Source: the human T2T-CHM13v2.0 reference genome, Homo sapiens
Reading direction: 5' to 3' (one strand)
DNA: 64,000 bases
NCBI RefSeq assembly: GCF_009914755.1
Contig: NC_060926.1
Part shown: positions 13,762 through 33,452 of the stretch, piece after piece
Layout of the letters: each line of letters opens with the position of its first letter
Position numbering within the stretch: position 1 is the first letter of the stretch
Position numbers and translations under genes: made by a program
Notes under the pieces: model-generated
Seen by the model: the letters and a program-made list of their open reading frames with translations, nothing else
The model's database searches: none
Told to the model about the DNA's origin: nothing

Positions 13762-16700
13762 TGCTCAGTTCTCAGGGACTAGAGTAAGAGGCACAGCAGT
13801 GCATCCACGTCCCAAGCAGAGTAGCCGGGGTCGACAAAGGTTTGGATATCATGTCATGGAAGAGCAATGACGGCGTTGGAGGAGTTTGGTTGAAAAGAAA
13901 GTGGAAGTGGGAGGGGAGAGGCAGGGTACACTCTTCAGTTTCAAAGCTTGAAGGGAATGATTCATTTTGTGCTAACTAGGATGCAGTAGTAGACAGGGAG
14001 CTGGACTCAAGGTGTGGGGAGACCACAGGCAAGTCCCTGGAGGCAAAAATCCTCCAGAAGTTGTCAAGAGGGAGAGCGTGGTGAGCAGAACGCCCCTCAG
14101 GAAGACAGCTTATGAGGATGGAAGGAATTGCTTTGAGGAGCGATGTGATTGAGAGAGGCCCAAGGGGCATGTGTGATGCAGCCCGGTCCAGGGGCATTTG
14201 CTGCGAGGCCTCCTTAGGAGATGCGAGTTTAGGCTCAAGCAGAACCACTCCCTGCGTAGTTAGGCTGGCATTGCTGCCGGCTGCCTCATCCTCCTGCCCC
14301 TGAGTCCACTGCAGCCTCTAAGGCACATCTGCTGAAGGCTTTCCACTGGCCTAGGGCGCCCGCAGGTTTGACCTGGTTCTTAGCAGTCACCAGGAGCAGA
14401 TGTTGGCACACCTAGTACGAGAAGGTCCTTTCCAGCGCTTGGCAGCTATTTGCCATGGGAATGTCTGTCTCTGACAGGGGCTCTTCACCATGTGTGGGAT
14501 GTGAGCAGCGGAGGGGAGCCCTGTCTGGGGCAGGCAGTTGGCCTCAATGACCTCTACCATTTTTTTCAAGTCTAGGAGGGCATGAGCTTTTCTGGCAGAG
14601 TTGGCATCTGTGATAGGTGGTTTGCTGAGAGGAGTCGGCAAACTCTCTTAAGTTAAAAGTTGGTCGATGCTTTTGATCTTTTTTCCCTTTGTGGTTTCTT
14701 CTCTTCCTTCAAAGTGAAGAAAACTTTAAGTATGACTGGAAAAGACATGACTCTGTGGCTTCTAGTAGAGTCGGCACCCGCCGCCTGTAAATGTGTAGAC
14801 TGCGTCTCCGGTTTGCCCCTCTCTGTCACCATCATACTCTTGCTACTGTGACATCTTGTGACCCTGGGAACTGCTGATGAAATCCGGGGCCTCATCAGGC
14901 TACTGGGCAGGGGGTGGTGGTGGTGCAGGGAACAGAAACTCGCCTTGGCTGACTCTGTAAGGGGTAAGGGGTGGGCAGCCTTTGTGGAGATGTGCAGAGC
15001 CAGGAAGGAGAAGGCCGCCCTAGGGCCTTGGAACCAGAAGAGCATGGGGTCTGCACGCAGCTTCTCCCGTGGATCAGCTCTTCTCTGTGGGGCCGCTCTT
15101 CCCAGCCAGCAGCCTCCCTTCTCAGTCCCCAGTCCTAAGAAGGAGTCTGATGGCTCAGCCTCCACGGCTTTCTCCGCATGAGCCACTCAGGGGCTGCCAG
15201 TCTGTGTATGAATCGGCTGTCTTGGAGCAGGTACCCCCCTCTGCCTCTCAGAGATGGGGACAGAGTCGTGGGGGCAGCGTGCCTCCTTAAGGTCTCCGCT
15301 TAGCCAGGACAGTGGGCGGGCAGCTTTCAGAGAAGATGGGCGGCTCTGCTGGACTTCTCTGCTCCTGACCCCGGCACTAGATCTGTGACCTCCGCAGTAG
15401 CTGACATGGTACAGGGAGCTGTGGACCTAGGTGGTCTGAAGAGGTTTTCCTTCAAGGTGAATTAAAGGGGAATTCTCATAGGATTCTCCCAGGTGGACTC
15501 ACCTTCGAAAATCTACCTCCAAGAGTAAATGACAGCAGACGTCCACTGAGGACCAAGTGCACACTCATGCCCAATTAAGCAGACTCAGAGCCCTTCGGGG
15601 AAGCTTTAGCAGTTATTGATCTCTGCCTATTTTAACTCAAGTTCCTCTTTTCATGTTGAGGCAAAACCTCACAGTCTTTTCTGAGCTTAGCCACAGTTTC
15701 TAAATAACTCATTCCTGACACCTGAGCCTGTTCAGTGCCACCAGAATACGAGGCTCCCCAAAATAAGAATCTGGCCTGAAATTTTGCCAAGTGAAGCACC
15801 GAAAGGCTTTCATTGTTTCTTAGTTTAGTAACTTTAGCTCTTTTCCTGGGGACTTCTGTTCTCTTGTCAACACCAAAGATCTCATCTTTGTTCTTTGCAG
15901 ACCAACTTCATGGAGTTGGCCCACGTGTCATAGCCCATGACAGCCCTGTATCAATCAGGGAGAGGAGCTGCCTCACCTGGGGGACTCTTTTCTCTCACTC
16001 CATCTTTCACAGACTTAAAAAAAATCCGAGATGGGAGGGCAGGATGCAAACTGTAACTTCATCCAACCCCCTCGTTCTAAATATGAGTGTTGCTGAGAAC
16101 TGCGGAAGTTGGAACTCACAGCCAGGCCTCCCGGCCTCCCCGGCTAAGCTTTCTTCCTTCCAATCCAGAAGGTGTTTCCAAGCCTGTCTGGAGTCCCCTG
16201 GGGAAGGATGAGCCCAGGACTCTGCCCAGAGGGACAGGGAGACAGGGCAATGTGGCCTCTCAGAGAGCTTGGCCTCTTGCCCTTCACATGGTTATAGATA
16301 ATATTTGATCCCAGGTGGCATCTGTCCCTTGTGGTAAATCAGTGAGGTGCCCCTAGAATGAAAGCAGACTCCATTCCCGGCTGGGATCTGGGTTCAAGTC
16401 CAATTTGGTCAGCGATGTGGCCTTGGGCAAGGACTGCCAAGAAACTGCTGGAAAGTAGAGATCACACACATACCTCCCAGCACAAGGAAGCTGCTGGGGA
16501 GGAGGGTGGAGACAGCAGGGAGCTGGAGGTGCTTTAGAGCATTCTAGGCAGTGCTGGGAGTGGTGGGGAAGGAGGGGTAAATTTTGGAACTCCATCTCCC
16601 TCAGCTCTGCTCTTTGGGCTATGGGCTTCATGTCTTCAGGGACCTGAGTACGCTCTGGAACTGTTAAGCAGTTGTTCAACAGCTGCTGTGCCACTCAAAC

Positions 16701-17321
16701 CCTGAGAACCTTCTGGACTCAGCTTGCACTGCTTTTCCTGGTTGGGGGAGGGTTGGGGCAGTGCTCTGAGCCCTGTGTGAGGCCAGACGAAGGCAGAACG
16801 GCTCAGCCCCGCAGGCCTGACTGTCCCACACCCAGAGAGTGGGTTTCTTGTAAAGCCAAAACTCCTTTCTTGACTTGGAAAGGGAAGTGACTCTCCCCTA
16901 AGAGAAGCGGTGCCTATCTTGAGCTGCTCGCTGCAGACTGAGCTGGGAGGCTGCTGCTGCCTTTGAAATGGCCCCTCTTTGGGAAAGTAAGGAAGAGTCT
17001 GAGGTCCTGCAAGCCGCCCTCATGGGCCAGCTCCAGGGTGGCCAGGGAGGCCTGGAGTGGCCTCAGACGTGTCGCATAAATGGCTGTCTCAAACCTAGGG
17101 CCACAGTTGAAGCAAAAGAGGCCCTTCGGCTCCACCCTACAACCTTTTGGCCCTTGCGTCCTTTCTAACATCCTTCCCACCGAGAGGAATAAAGCAGAAA
17201 ATTAGAACTACCCATAATCCCCTATCACATCAATGTTCTCTGTGAACTTCCTGTCTTTTCTTGAGGTTGAGATTGTATCTAGGATATTGATTGTTTCAGT
17301 CAAGATGGGAGCACCCCCAGG

Positions 17322-17658
<337 letters not shown>

Positions 17659-18382
17659 TAGATGAAGAGTTAGAAAATATCTATCTCATAGACCCTTTCA
17701 TTATTCTTTCCCGATTTGGAAGAAAAAATCCAGTGGTCTGAGCCATTCCGGTGAGTTCTAAAGAAGAGACACTTGTGACTCAAGTCCCTGGTCCCTGACG
17801 GTGGCTGTCACGTATCTCCGGGCGACATGGCTTTTGGAGAGGGAAAACAAAACAACTTTCTAAAAGCTGTTCCGTCACAAGCATCCGGGAGGTGAACGGT
17901 TGAGCCATTGTTATTAAGCTCAGGAAGCGAGTGGCAGCTGTTATTGTTCTGAGTGGTCACTGAGTGAAGTAAAGATTCCGTCTGAGCCGCCGGGCAAAGG
18001 ATGTGGCTCTAACACACTTCCTGAAGTTGCACAACAAGGGGCACAGAAAAGGTTCAGGGCATAGAAGCCTAGCACGGCCAGGGCTGCCCTGTGTGGGCTC
18101 CACAGCCATGCCAAGGACAATGGGCCCCAAGGGGGTCCGTGCTGGTGGAGGGGTTCCTTTATGCTCTGACACTCACCTTCTAGAAGCCTGCATTTTGAAT
18201 TGGTTTTTCTGTCTACTGCAGAATATGGACAGATCTATTTTCCAAGCCTCTGAATATCTCAAAACATCTTTAGTTGTCTACACATTCAAGAGTAATTTGA
18301 TAGATATAAAATTCTTGGAACCAACTGTTCGCTCAAAATCCTGTAAAAGGTACAGCACTACCTTCAAGAATGTAGTGTTACA

Positions 18383-18738
<356 letters not shown>

Positions 18739-19289
18739 CTATAGAGGCGACCCATTTTTTTCTTTTTTTCTACTTTGAAGCCGGTGGGAATTCTTTTCCA
18801 GTGTTGTCATTTTCCTTTCATTGATAGTACCTGCAATGTGTTCGGCTTGTTCACTTTGCAAACTCTGTTCTTTGACACAAAAGACCTTTCTTCTGTTAGG
18901 TCTTTGAGTAAGTTTTTATTCCAGCTCTTCTGGCATCTTTCTTCTAATCCCCTGAGAAAGCCAAGCCTCCCCCCGTTTTCTAGCCCCCTGGGGTACACAT
19001 GCCTTTGTGACTGAGCAGCCCCTCCCTCTTGTGTGGCTGCAAGATCCCTAATCCCTTCCCCAGTCTGTCAGAGAATTCTGGAAAGAGTATCCATGCCATT
19101 TGTCATCTCTACCTCCAAATGACTGTCTTTATTTTCTCCCCATCCCCACTAGCCATTTTGTCCTTGTTTCTCCATGTTCCAGAGCCTTCTGGTTCACCTT
19201 GCCCCAGATCATGGGCCTGTTTCCTGTCTTTGTTACCCAAAGCGGTCTAGAACTAACATCAACATGCACCATGTAGCCGATAAGTTTAG

Positions 19290-20073
<784 letters not shown>

Positions 20074-20624
20074 AAGGTTTAAACTATCCCAGGGGAATTT
20101 CAAAGCAGAAAAGTGAAAATTTCAAATTGAATATCGAGTTTCACTGCACCAAATGCCCATGAGCCACGGTCTGACAACACAGTCTCTGGGTCTTCCTTCT
20201 CCTTAGCCTGTGTCGTGTTTCTGGGACCTGCTCCAGCCCTGTCCCAGACATTCCTAATGACTTATGTTCCTGTCAGACATCCTTGGGCTCAACATCTCTT
20301 TCTCTAACCCTGACCAGAAAAAGCACAAAAATCAATCAGTATTTTAACAATGTCTGTGCACTGGGGAGGCATGATTTCTTGCTTATTGCAGGATGGTTTC
20401 GCTTCTCATCTTGACTTTGCCCTTCGAGATCAGCTTCCGGGTCTAATTGTGTCTGTCAGATTTGCAAGAGGCCACTTCGGGTTTGCCAAATAGAAGAAAG
20501 TCTTTCTGAGAGGCCTCACTTGATCACCCCAGAAAAATAGTCACCCCACCCTTCACCTGTTGCTCTTTAACCCCTTACCCTCCTTTCTTTTCTTTGTGGC
20601 ACTTGTGACTACCTGATTTTATAT

Positions 20625-20936
20625 TATATTTATTTATTTATTTATTTTTTTGAGACGGAGTCTCACTCTGTCACCAGGCTGGAGTGCAGTGGCACAATCT
20701 CGGCTCAGCTCACTGCAACCCCTGCCTCCCGGGTTGAAGTGATTCTCCTGCCTCAGCCTCCCGAGTAGCTGGGACTACAGGCACATGCCACCACACCCAG
20801 CTAATTTTTGTGTTTTTAGTAGAGACAGGGTTTCACCATGTTGCCCAGGATGGTCTCGACCTCTTGACCTTGTGATCTGCCCGCCTCAGCCTCCCAAAGT
20901 GCTGGGATTACAGGTGTGAGCCACCATGCCCAGCCC
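20625..20936 (-). mobile_element. AluS (within an L2-like remnant)
   Basis: Antisense Alu with (TTTA)n tail. Flanks contain L2-like gtgcttgataaatacttattgaatgaat. Confidence 0.92.
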
Positions 20937-21278
20937 TGAGGTATTTGAAAATATACATTTTTATATTGACTTATTTATCATCTATACTAGAACTATTCCT
21001 AGCATGTAGTGAGTGCTTGATAAATACTTATTGAATGAATTAACTCTTCTGCCACCATTAAGAAGATAGAAAGTGCTACAGGTTTCACTTAAAATTATGA
21101 TTTATCTCACCCTTGCTGTAGTCATCAATCTTAAATTTGTCCTCCACAGGATCCGCCGTTATCTATTGACTTGCTTTTCATGCCTTGGTCAACTTCCTCT
21201 GCATTCGAGACGGGTTCTCTTTTCTGGACTCAGTTCTGCTGTAGCTCCCTCCAAAGTGGATCCTCATTTCAGCATTGA

Positions 21279-21584
<306 letters not shown>

Positions 21585-23896
21585 AAGGTTCTCATTTTGT
21601 TGCAAGCCTGCCTTGCCTGGCTGATCTTCATGTTTCACTGGCCCTGTTGTCTGTTCATCTTTCTCCTCTTCCTGGGATTTTCACTCCTGGGTCATAAAGG
21701 CCTTGCCTTTTGACGTCCACGTGAGGCTGCCGATGCTTCCCGAGATGTCCCGAGACAAGTTCCAGCAGCCACATTTCCAGAGAAGGCTCTTCCTCGGGTC
21801 TTCAGGGTGGTGTAATGTCCTAGTTCCCTCGGGGAAGCAGTTTCTTCTCTCAAGCTTCTGTTTCCTCCTCAGAAACAGTGGGAGGCCAGCAGTACTTCTC
21901 TCCTGTGGAGATTTTGAGGACTAAAAGAGATGGTTTATGTAAACATGCAGCTCATGTCTGACACGTGACTCCATGGATGACTGTTTTAAAATGGCGAGGA
22001 CGCACAGAGGCCAGTCAGCTCGCTGACACCAACATGGGGTCACCGGGCAGAGGCCCCGGCCCATGACTGGCCAAGAGCTGGGGACACCAGGCACAGGGGA
22101 AGGAGAAAGGGCTGAGACTTTGGGACACAAAAAACTCAGGTGTCCTGGGATTGACAGCAAGGCCATCCAAAGGGGCCTTGGAGAGGAGGACAAGTGCCTG
22201 GAAATCCTGACTGCCCGATCGGGGCCCAGGCGCGAGGGTCATGGAGGACAGAGGCACCAAGTAGGGACCCTAGACCCTGTCTGCCTTGGGATCCTCTGAG
22301 AACTGAGAACTGTAACAGCATTACAGCCGTATGTCCCGACTATATTCCTTAAGGGTCAGGGGTTGTCCTGTGCCTGCTCACTGGGCATACGTCACTGCTG
22401 CTTTGGATAACTGAGGAAGACAGAGGCGGGGTGAGGGCGAGGGTGGATGCCTGGGGTCCCAACCAGGTGACAAGAGAGAGCCTTGAGGACACGGGAGGGA
22501 CCAGCGGGAGGCCCCACAACTCCCACCTGGGGCCTATCTTGTCATCCCTTTCTGGCCTGGTTGCCTTTTGTTGAGCCCCTGTCAGGAGCTAGGCACTTCA
22601 TCCGTGTTCTTTAATCCTGGGGAAGGGTTTACTACTATTGTTGCTATGATCACTATTCCCATTTTTAAATTCAAGGAAACAAAGGCTCAGATGAGATAAC
22701 ACTGTTTGCCTGTTTCATAAAACTTGTGACAGAAGAGGGATGTCATTGGAGCCATGCTGTGGCTCTGTGCCCTGCAGCCTGGGGCGCTGGGCTGGAGGGT
22801 GAGCTTCACACAAAGGCTACTGGCCTTTGTTTCTCCAACCACTGGAGGTTCCCCAGCTATGTATGGAACCAGCTAAGGGCTTTGCAGTATTTGAGTCATG
22901 ATCCTTCCTGAATGAGACCCAAGATGACTCTACTTTTAAGCCAAGTCCAGTGAGCGTTATAGCCGTATGTCCTGACTATATTCCTTGAGGGTCAGAATGA
23001 CAGCTTAGAGATTCCCGGCAGCTCATTCATTTATTCAGTGAATATTAATTGGGAACTGAACAACAGCCACCCTCAAAGTCCCTCCTTCATAGGATGTTCG
23101 GTCTAGAGACCAATGACAAGCAATTTTCAAGATTAGACTCTGAACCCCAGATTTTTACATCTTGAGGGAGAAGCGTCTCAGGAAACTTCTACAGTGCAAG
23201 GAGCTCCCCTCAAGTGGGAGGAAATGAATGGCCCAGCCATGCCTTCCAAAGAACCCTCTGAGAGGCGCCCAGTCCCTCTTCTGTGCTTCCAAACAATCCC
23301 CCCGCCCAGCGTCCACATCCTCGCATTGTGGGGTGGTAGGCGACCCGGTGTCTGTCTCCCCCAGTGAGCTGTGGAGGCCTTGAGAACAAGGGTCTCAGTC
23401 GCCCGAGTGTCTGCCCTTGGGCACAGGACAGAGGATGCGTCGCCATCCCCTGAATGAAAGGCCCAGCTGGACCTGGCTTGAGAAGAGGCTTCTATTGACC
23501 ACTCAGTGCCCACAAAACCTTTGAGGTTAACTTTAGTCTGCCCTGTTCTTAGCAGACTGTATTTCATTTTGAGCAACCCCAGGAGAGGAAAATCCAAATT
23601 TCTCTCTCAAATATTGAATTAATCCATACATGAGCAGTTAGTGATTTTTATAAAGAGATTCGCCATGGAAGAGTACTTCTTTCATTTCTGCTCTTCCTGG
23701 CTTGTCTGAGTCAAGAGACCCTGCCAGGCTGGTGGCCATCAGGATGCCCAACCCATCTCCCCCCCATATTTATGCCCTTCATGACTGGCAGGAAAAAGGA
23801 TCTGAAATCTTGAAATGGAGAAATGTGTTTTCCAAAATCCAAACATCTCACAAATATATGCTATGAAGACCCTAAAAAGAGTTCTCAGCGCCCTCA

Positions 23897-24289
<393 letters not shown>

Positions 24290-24611
24290 GAAGTAACTTG
24301 GAAGTCTACAAGAAAGATACCACTGGCTGCTTGGGAAACCAGACAATAGAACTGCTTTCTCCCCTGACGAAGGTGCTGGGGAGATACTTACTCTTATGAC
24401 ACTAAACTCCTTCCTGCCCCAGGGTCTTGGCACCTGCCCTGCCTTGTGCTTGGGACTCCGTCCCTCAGGTCACTATGTGGCTGACTGGCCAACAGGATTC
24501 CTCCAAGGCCTTTTCCCAGGTCTTCCCATCTAATATCATGCCCTGTCCCATAGCCGCTCCTTATAGCACTCCTGTTTTTTCTTCATAGCCCTTATCGCTG
24601 TCTGCAAGGGG

Positions 24612-25098
24612 ATTTGTCTCCATTGCCACTATAACAAATTTCAGCAAACAGAGGGGTTTAAAACAACACAATTTATTATCTTGCAGTTGTGCAGGCCAGA
24701 AGTCCAGAAGCTCTCACTGGGCTCAGGTCAAGGTGTTGGCAGAGCTGAGCTCCTTCCAGAGGCTTCAGGGGAAAATCCCTGTTCTTGCCTTTTCTGGTTT
24801 CTAGGGGTCACCTGCATTCCTTGGCTCATGGCCCATTCCTCTGTCTTCAGAACCAGTAATGGCCCATCAAGTCTTTCTCATAATGCCGTTTCTAGGGCTC
24901 TGACTCTCTGCCTCCCTCTTCCCCTTATGAGGACTCTTGAACGTAGATTGGGAACAGCTGAATAATTCAGGATCCTCTCCCAACCTCGAGGCCAGCACAT
25001 GAGCAACCTTATCTCCCTCAGGCCATGGTACATAACAGCCACAGGTTCCAGGGATAAGGAGGGCTTGGGAGGCGGAGGCCGTTATTTTTTCTACCGCA
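24612..25098 (-). mobile_element. MLT1D-like MaLR solo LTR inserted in an L2 (about 24540-25280)
   Basis: tttaaaacaacacaatttattatcttgcagtt...gcattccttggctcatggccc...acaggttccagggat. The L2 tail cctggcacagagtaggtgctcagtaaacatttg follows. Confidence 0.75.
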
Positions 25099-26624
25099 GC
25101 AACTATCTTGATTCTGTATTGACTCACTCATTTATTATCTGTCTCCACCACGAGGATGTAAGACTCACGAGAGCCAAGACCTTGTCCATCTTGCTCTCCA
25201 CTGTCTCTGTAGCACCAGAAGGATGCCTGGCACAGAGTAGGTGCTCAGTAAACATTTGCTGCATGATTGAATGAAGGAGTAAATTTGCAATACAAACAAA
25301 GTGGGAAAGGCCAAGGAGGGAAGGAGAGTGGAGACCCCCAAAGCTTTCCTGTTCCGAAATTATCTGATTCATTCTACAAGATTAGCAAAGCCTCCCAAGA
25401 TGTAGGCGTTCAGGGCCAATGTTTCATAATCAGCTCTGCGAGGTTGGCGCTGGGTCTGGGATGAGGCAGGCGGGCGGCCGGAGTGACTGGGGGCCCGAGC
25501 TGCCAGGCTTATCAGGGAGCCGTCCCAGGCTCTGCCCCCTCAGGCAGCTTCTCTCCAGGCTGCTCCCAGGGCTGGGGACTCTGGGCTGGTCTGCCAGCTG
25601 TCACTTCTGTCTTCCCCAGAGTACCTCAAGAGTTTTACGAAAAGAAAAGAAGCAAGCTGGAAAGAAGAGCGTCTCAGGGATATGTAATTAAGGATAAAAA
25701 TATCCCTCATAGGCTCTGGGCAATGGGGAAAATGGAGATTGCTTGCCTTCCTGGGCCCAGTGGAACCATGAGGGCTTTTGAAACATAATGATTAGGGCAG
25801 GTTTTTAGCATTGATGAGCCTGTGCAATGATGAATGCCATCTATACGGGTGTGAGGTACCAAAAGATGTGTGGTTAAATTCTCGAAGGGGAGGAGTTTAA
25901 ATGGAGCTGCATGTAAATACAGGACCTTTGCTTGGGGTGAGAAGGAAAGGGGAAATGGAAATAGCAAGGGGATGAGCTTCCTTAATTGCATGTGGCAGAA
26001 GGAAACGGCAATTTCAAAGGCAAACATTGAACGTGGGAGGTGGAGGAGGCCTTGGATGCTCCCAACAGCATCCCTTTATCCCTCAATCTCCCGTCCCTTC
26101 TTCCATCTTGAGACAGGCCAAGGAGCCCCAGGCCCATCACTGTCAGTGGCTCCCACGTAGCCAGGGGTGCTCCCACCCCAGCCCCCAGCACCCCTACAGC
26201 CATCTTCATTCCTCAGCCCCACCTGACACGTTGCCCCTGACAGGGCTTAGTAGATTTCCGCTGGATGAAAAAGGCATGGGTGAAAGAATCTTGACTCTAA
26301 GATAAAAATGGTTACCCAGGAAGAAACAGAAAGAGAAATTAAAGAATGTGTCTTGAGAGAAATGGAACAATAAGCAGACTTCAACCTGAGGGCTTTGTGA
26401 AGTCAGGGTCTCCTTCACGTGGTCTGACGGGCCACTGCATTCCTCTCTTGTCTAATCTTTCTTTTCTTTTTTTGGACAGAGAAGGATTACGGCAGATTAA
26501 TATTGATAATTTCTGCTTTTTCTCTTAGGGCAGTAGTGAGGGTGAGGAAGTTCAAATTGAAAATACAAAACAGAAGTAAAATCCCCTGACATGGAAATAA
26601 GCCTTCCTTCTTGGGAAACTATCA

Positions 26625-27008
<384 letters not shown>

Positions 27009-27429
27009 GACTTTATGTTAAGCTCATCAAGTGTTCAATGAGGCATTTGTTAGAGATGGTAGAGATGGACAGTCTTCAATTTTGGGGTGAAAAGATTTGC
27101 AAAAATTTGTCAATAATAATGTGATGACGTCCAGAGCTGGTCCCACCACTGGCTCTCTCCTGCCACCTGCCCAGTGGTGGCTTCAGGCCACACTCCCTTG
27201 GCAGAAGAACACGCTATGCATGCCTCCTGAGCACCCTTCTTCTGCCTCCTGGCCCGTTTTCCCTGTGCTTCTCCCTGGAGTCTGAGAAACAGATGTTGCC
27301 GTGGTCCCCTGCCTGGTAGAGCCCAAGAGATTCTCTACAGCTGTGCTGGCCAGTGCTGCAGCCACAGGCCACATGGGGTCACAGAGCACTTAGAATACAC
27401 CCCCTCCCCCCCCAAAAAAGAGAATGTCC

Positions 27430-28098
<669 letters not shown>

Positions 28099-28599
28099 GT
28101 GTGGGTTGGGGGAATGGCAGTCAGTCTCACTCACCACGGGAGGGAGTGCAAATGCCGACAAATGCTCTGGAGGGCAAATTGCCAATGTCTATCAACATCC
28201 GTAATGTCTGGATGCAGTGAGGAATGTTCTCCCACCCCTAATTTGTCCAACAAGTCACATGGACAAAGATATATATACGAGGACACCCACTGCAGCATTA
28301 TTTCAAATAGGGGTCAAAGAAGAATCCTAACAAACAACCTCATGTTGCCTAGGTTAGCATTCAACCTAACCATGATGAAGAGGGAACTGCTTAAATACAC
28401 TGTGGTCCAGCCAATGGAAGACTATGCAGCTGCTTAAAAAATTAAAGTAGAGCTGTGTGTAATGAGTTGGAAAGATTTCAAACATTAATAAAAAAGTTGC
28501 AGGGTGATATTGTTGTAGGATAGTTTTTGGTTTTTGTTTAAGGGATAGATTATATACACAAGATTGCACATACATAAGAGTGTTGAGATAGAACTTGTA

Positions 28600-28990
<391 letters not shown>

Positions 28991-28999
28991 GAGATAGAA

Positions 29000-31180
<2,181 letters not shown>

Positions 31181-31187
31181 GTCTCAT

Positions 31188-31491
<304 letters not shown>

Positions 31492-32215
31492 TTGGTTGTC
31501 TCACTTCCGATTTCCAAGGATGTTTCTGCTCCAGGAGGAGGATGCAAGTCAAAGACAAGGAGTGCGACAGGAGTGCTGGGAGATGGGCACTCACCGAATG
31601 GTGCCCAAATGGGACCAGCACCGTGGATGGGAGCTGGAAAACTTAGCCAGTGGTGAGCCACAGGGTCTTCTGAGCCAGCCCAACCCACTGTGAGGCTCCT
31701 CTTTGGTGAGACGTGGTGCTGGAGGCGTGGTCAGGGCCAGACACCAGGAAACTCTCAGGCCACAACCTGTATATCTCTAGATAGTTCTGGTCTTCTTTAA
31801 TGTGTTCCTTGAATAGAGCAGAAATCGGCCTCCTATAACATCCACTCCTGGATCCCGGTTCTCCCCTCAGGAGATACATGGAAGCCTCAACTGTTTGAAA
31901 AACCAGGCAGGTCTCTCTTGAGGTTTCTTCAGGCCAAACCCTCTGGGTTACTTCAGCCATTCCGCACGCCCCTCTTAACCCCAGGCCATCCCAGATCCAC
32001 CTCCCATGACACACTCAACCTGGTGCCTGTCCTTCCTAATGGGGGTCTCAGAACCCAAGGCCTGCAGAGTGGACTGACCCTCCCACCGGGCGCCCCTCCA
32101 CGAGTGCAGTCTCACAGACAGTGGCACCAGGGGGCGCCCATTCAGCGATCCAGCTTCACAATGTATTTGCCATCGACTAAAATGCCATCGTCTTTTTCAC
32201 ATGTGCTCCTGCTAA

Positions 32216-32635
<420 letters not shown>

Positions 32636-33107
32636 TGAGGTCAGCTTCATCCTGGCTCTAGCACCTGGCATGTGTGCCATCCTCCTAGCTGGATGGCAGC
32701 CCCACATTGGAAGGCCTGCCTCCTGGATCCTTATCTGAATTGCTGATGTGAATGAAAGGAGGAACCAACAGCACAGACGCCTATGTCTGGACTGACACTG
32801 GTGTGGCCTCAGCCAGGCCCATCTCTCTCCCTGTGCTCTTCAACAACAACAAAATCACAAATGAACCCCATAAAATGCTTTATGGAAACCTATAGATATC
32901 AGATTAAAGATCACAATCTGGTGGCCCCTATGTTGGATTTAGTGTTCTGTTCACCCAACCCATATTTTTAAAAATTATGAACCAGTTACAAGCATTTTTA
33001 AAAATTCAGAGATTTCTACATAATAATCTGGATTTTCAGCTTTCCTTGAAAAATCTGAAGATCTGATACCCTTGATTATTCCACAGTGATGTAGCTGGGG
33101 TGGGGCG

Positions 33108-33452
33108 TGTATTAGTCTGTTTTCACGCAGCTGATAAAGACATACCTAAGACTGGGCAACTTACAAAAGAAAGAGGTTTAATGGACTCACAGTTCCACGT
33201 GGCTGGGGAGGCCTTACAATCATGGCGGAAGGTGAAGGGCACATCTCATGTGGCAGACAAGAGAAGAATGAGCTTGTGCAGTCAAACTCCCATTTCTAAA
33301 GCCATCAGATCTCATGAGACCCATTCACTATCACGAGAACAGAGCCGCCATAATTCAATCACCTCCCACCGGGTTCCTCCCACGACACGTGGGAATTGTG
33401 GGAGTTACAATTCAAGATGAGATTTGGGTGGGGACACAGTCAAACCATATCA
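33108..33452 (-). mobile_element. THE1 (THE1A/B-like) solo LTR inserted into a MER103-like DNA transposon (about 32900-33580)
   Basis: Runs tgtattagtctgttttcacgcagctgataaagacatacc...gatttgggtggggacacagtcaaaccatatca. Degenerate 5-bp TSD gggcg/gagtg. Confidence 0.88.

Noticed and set aside
15860-15900. Strong acceptor-like tract (ctcatctttgttctttgcag)
   Set aside because: No convincing donor within exon-sized distance downstream.
22317-22995. CRISPR-like or prokaryotic-type repeat system
   Set aside because: Only two copies 636 bp apart in a human intron, with no array or associated genes.
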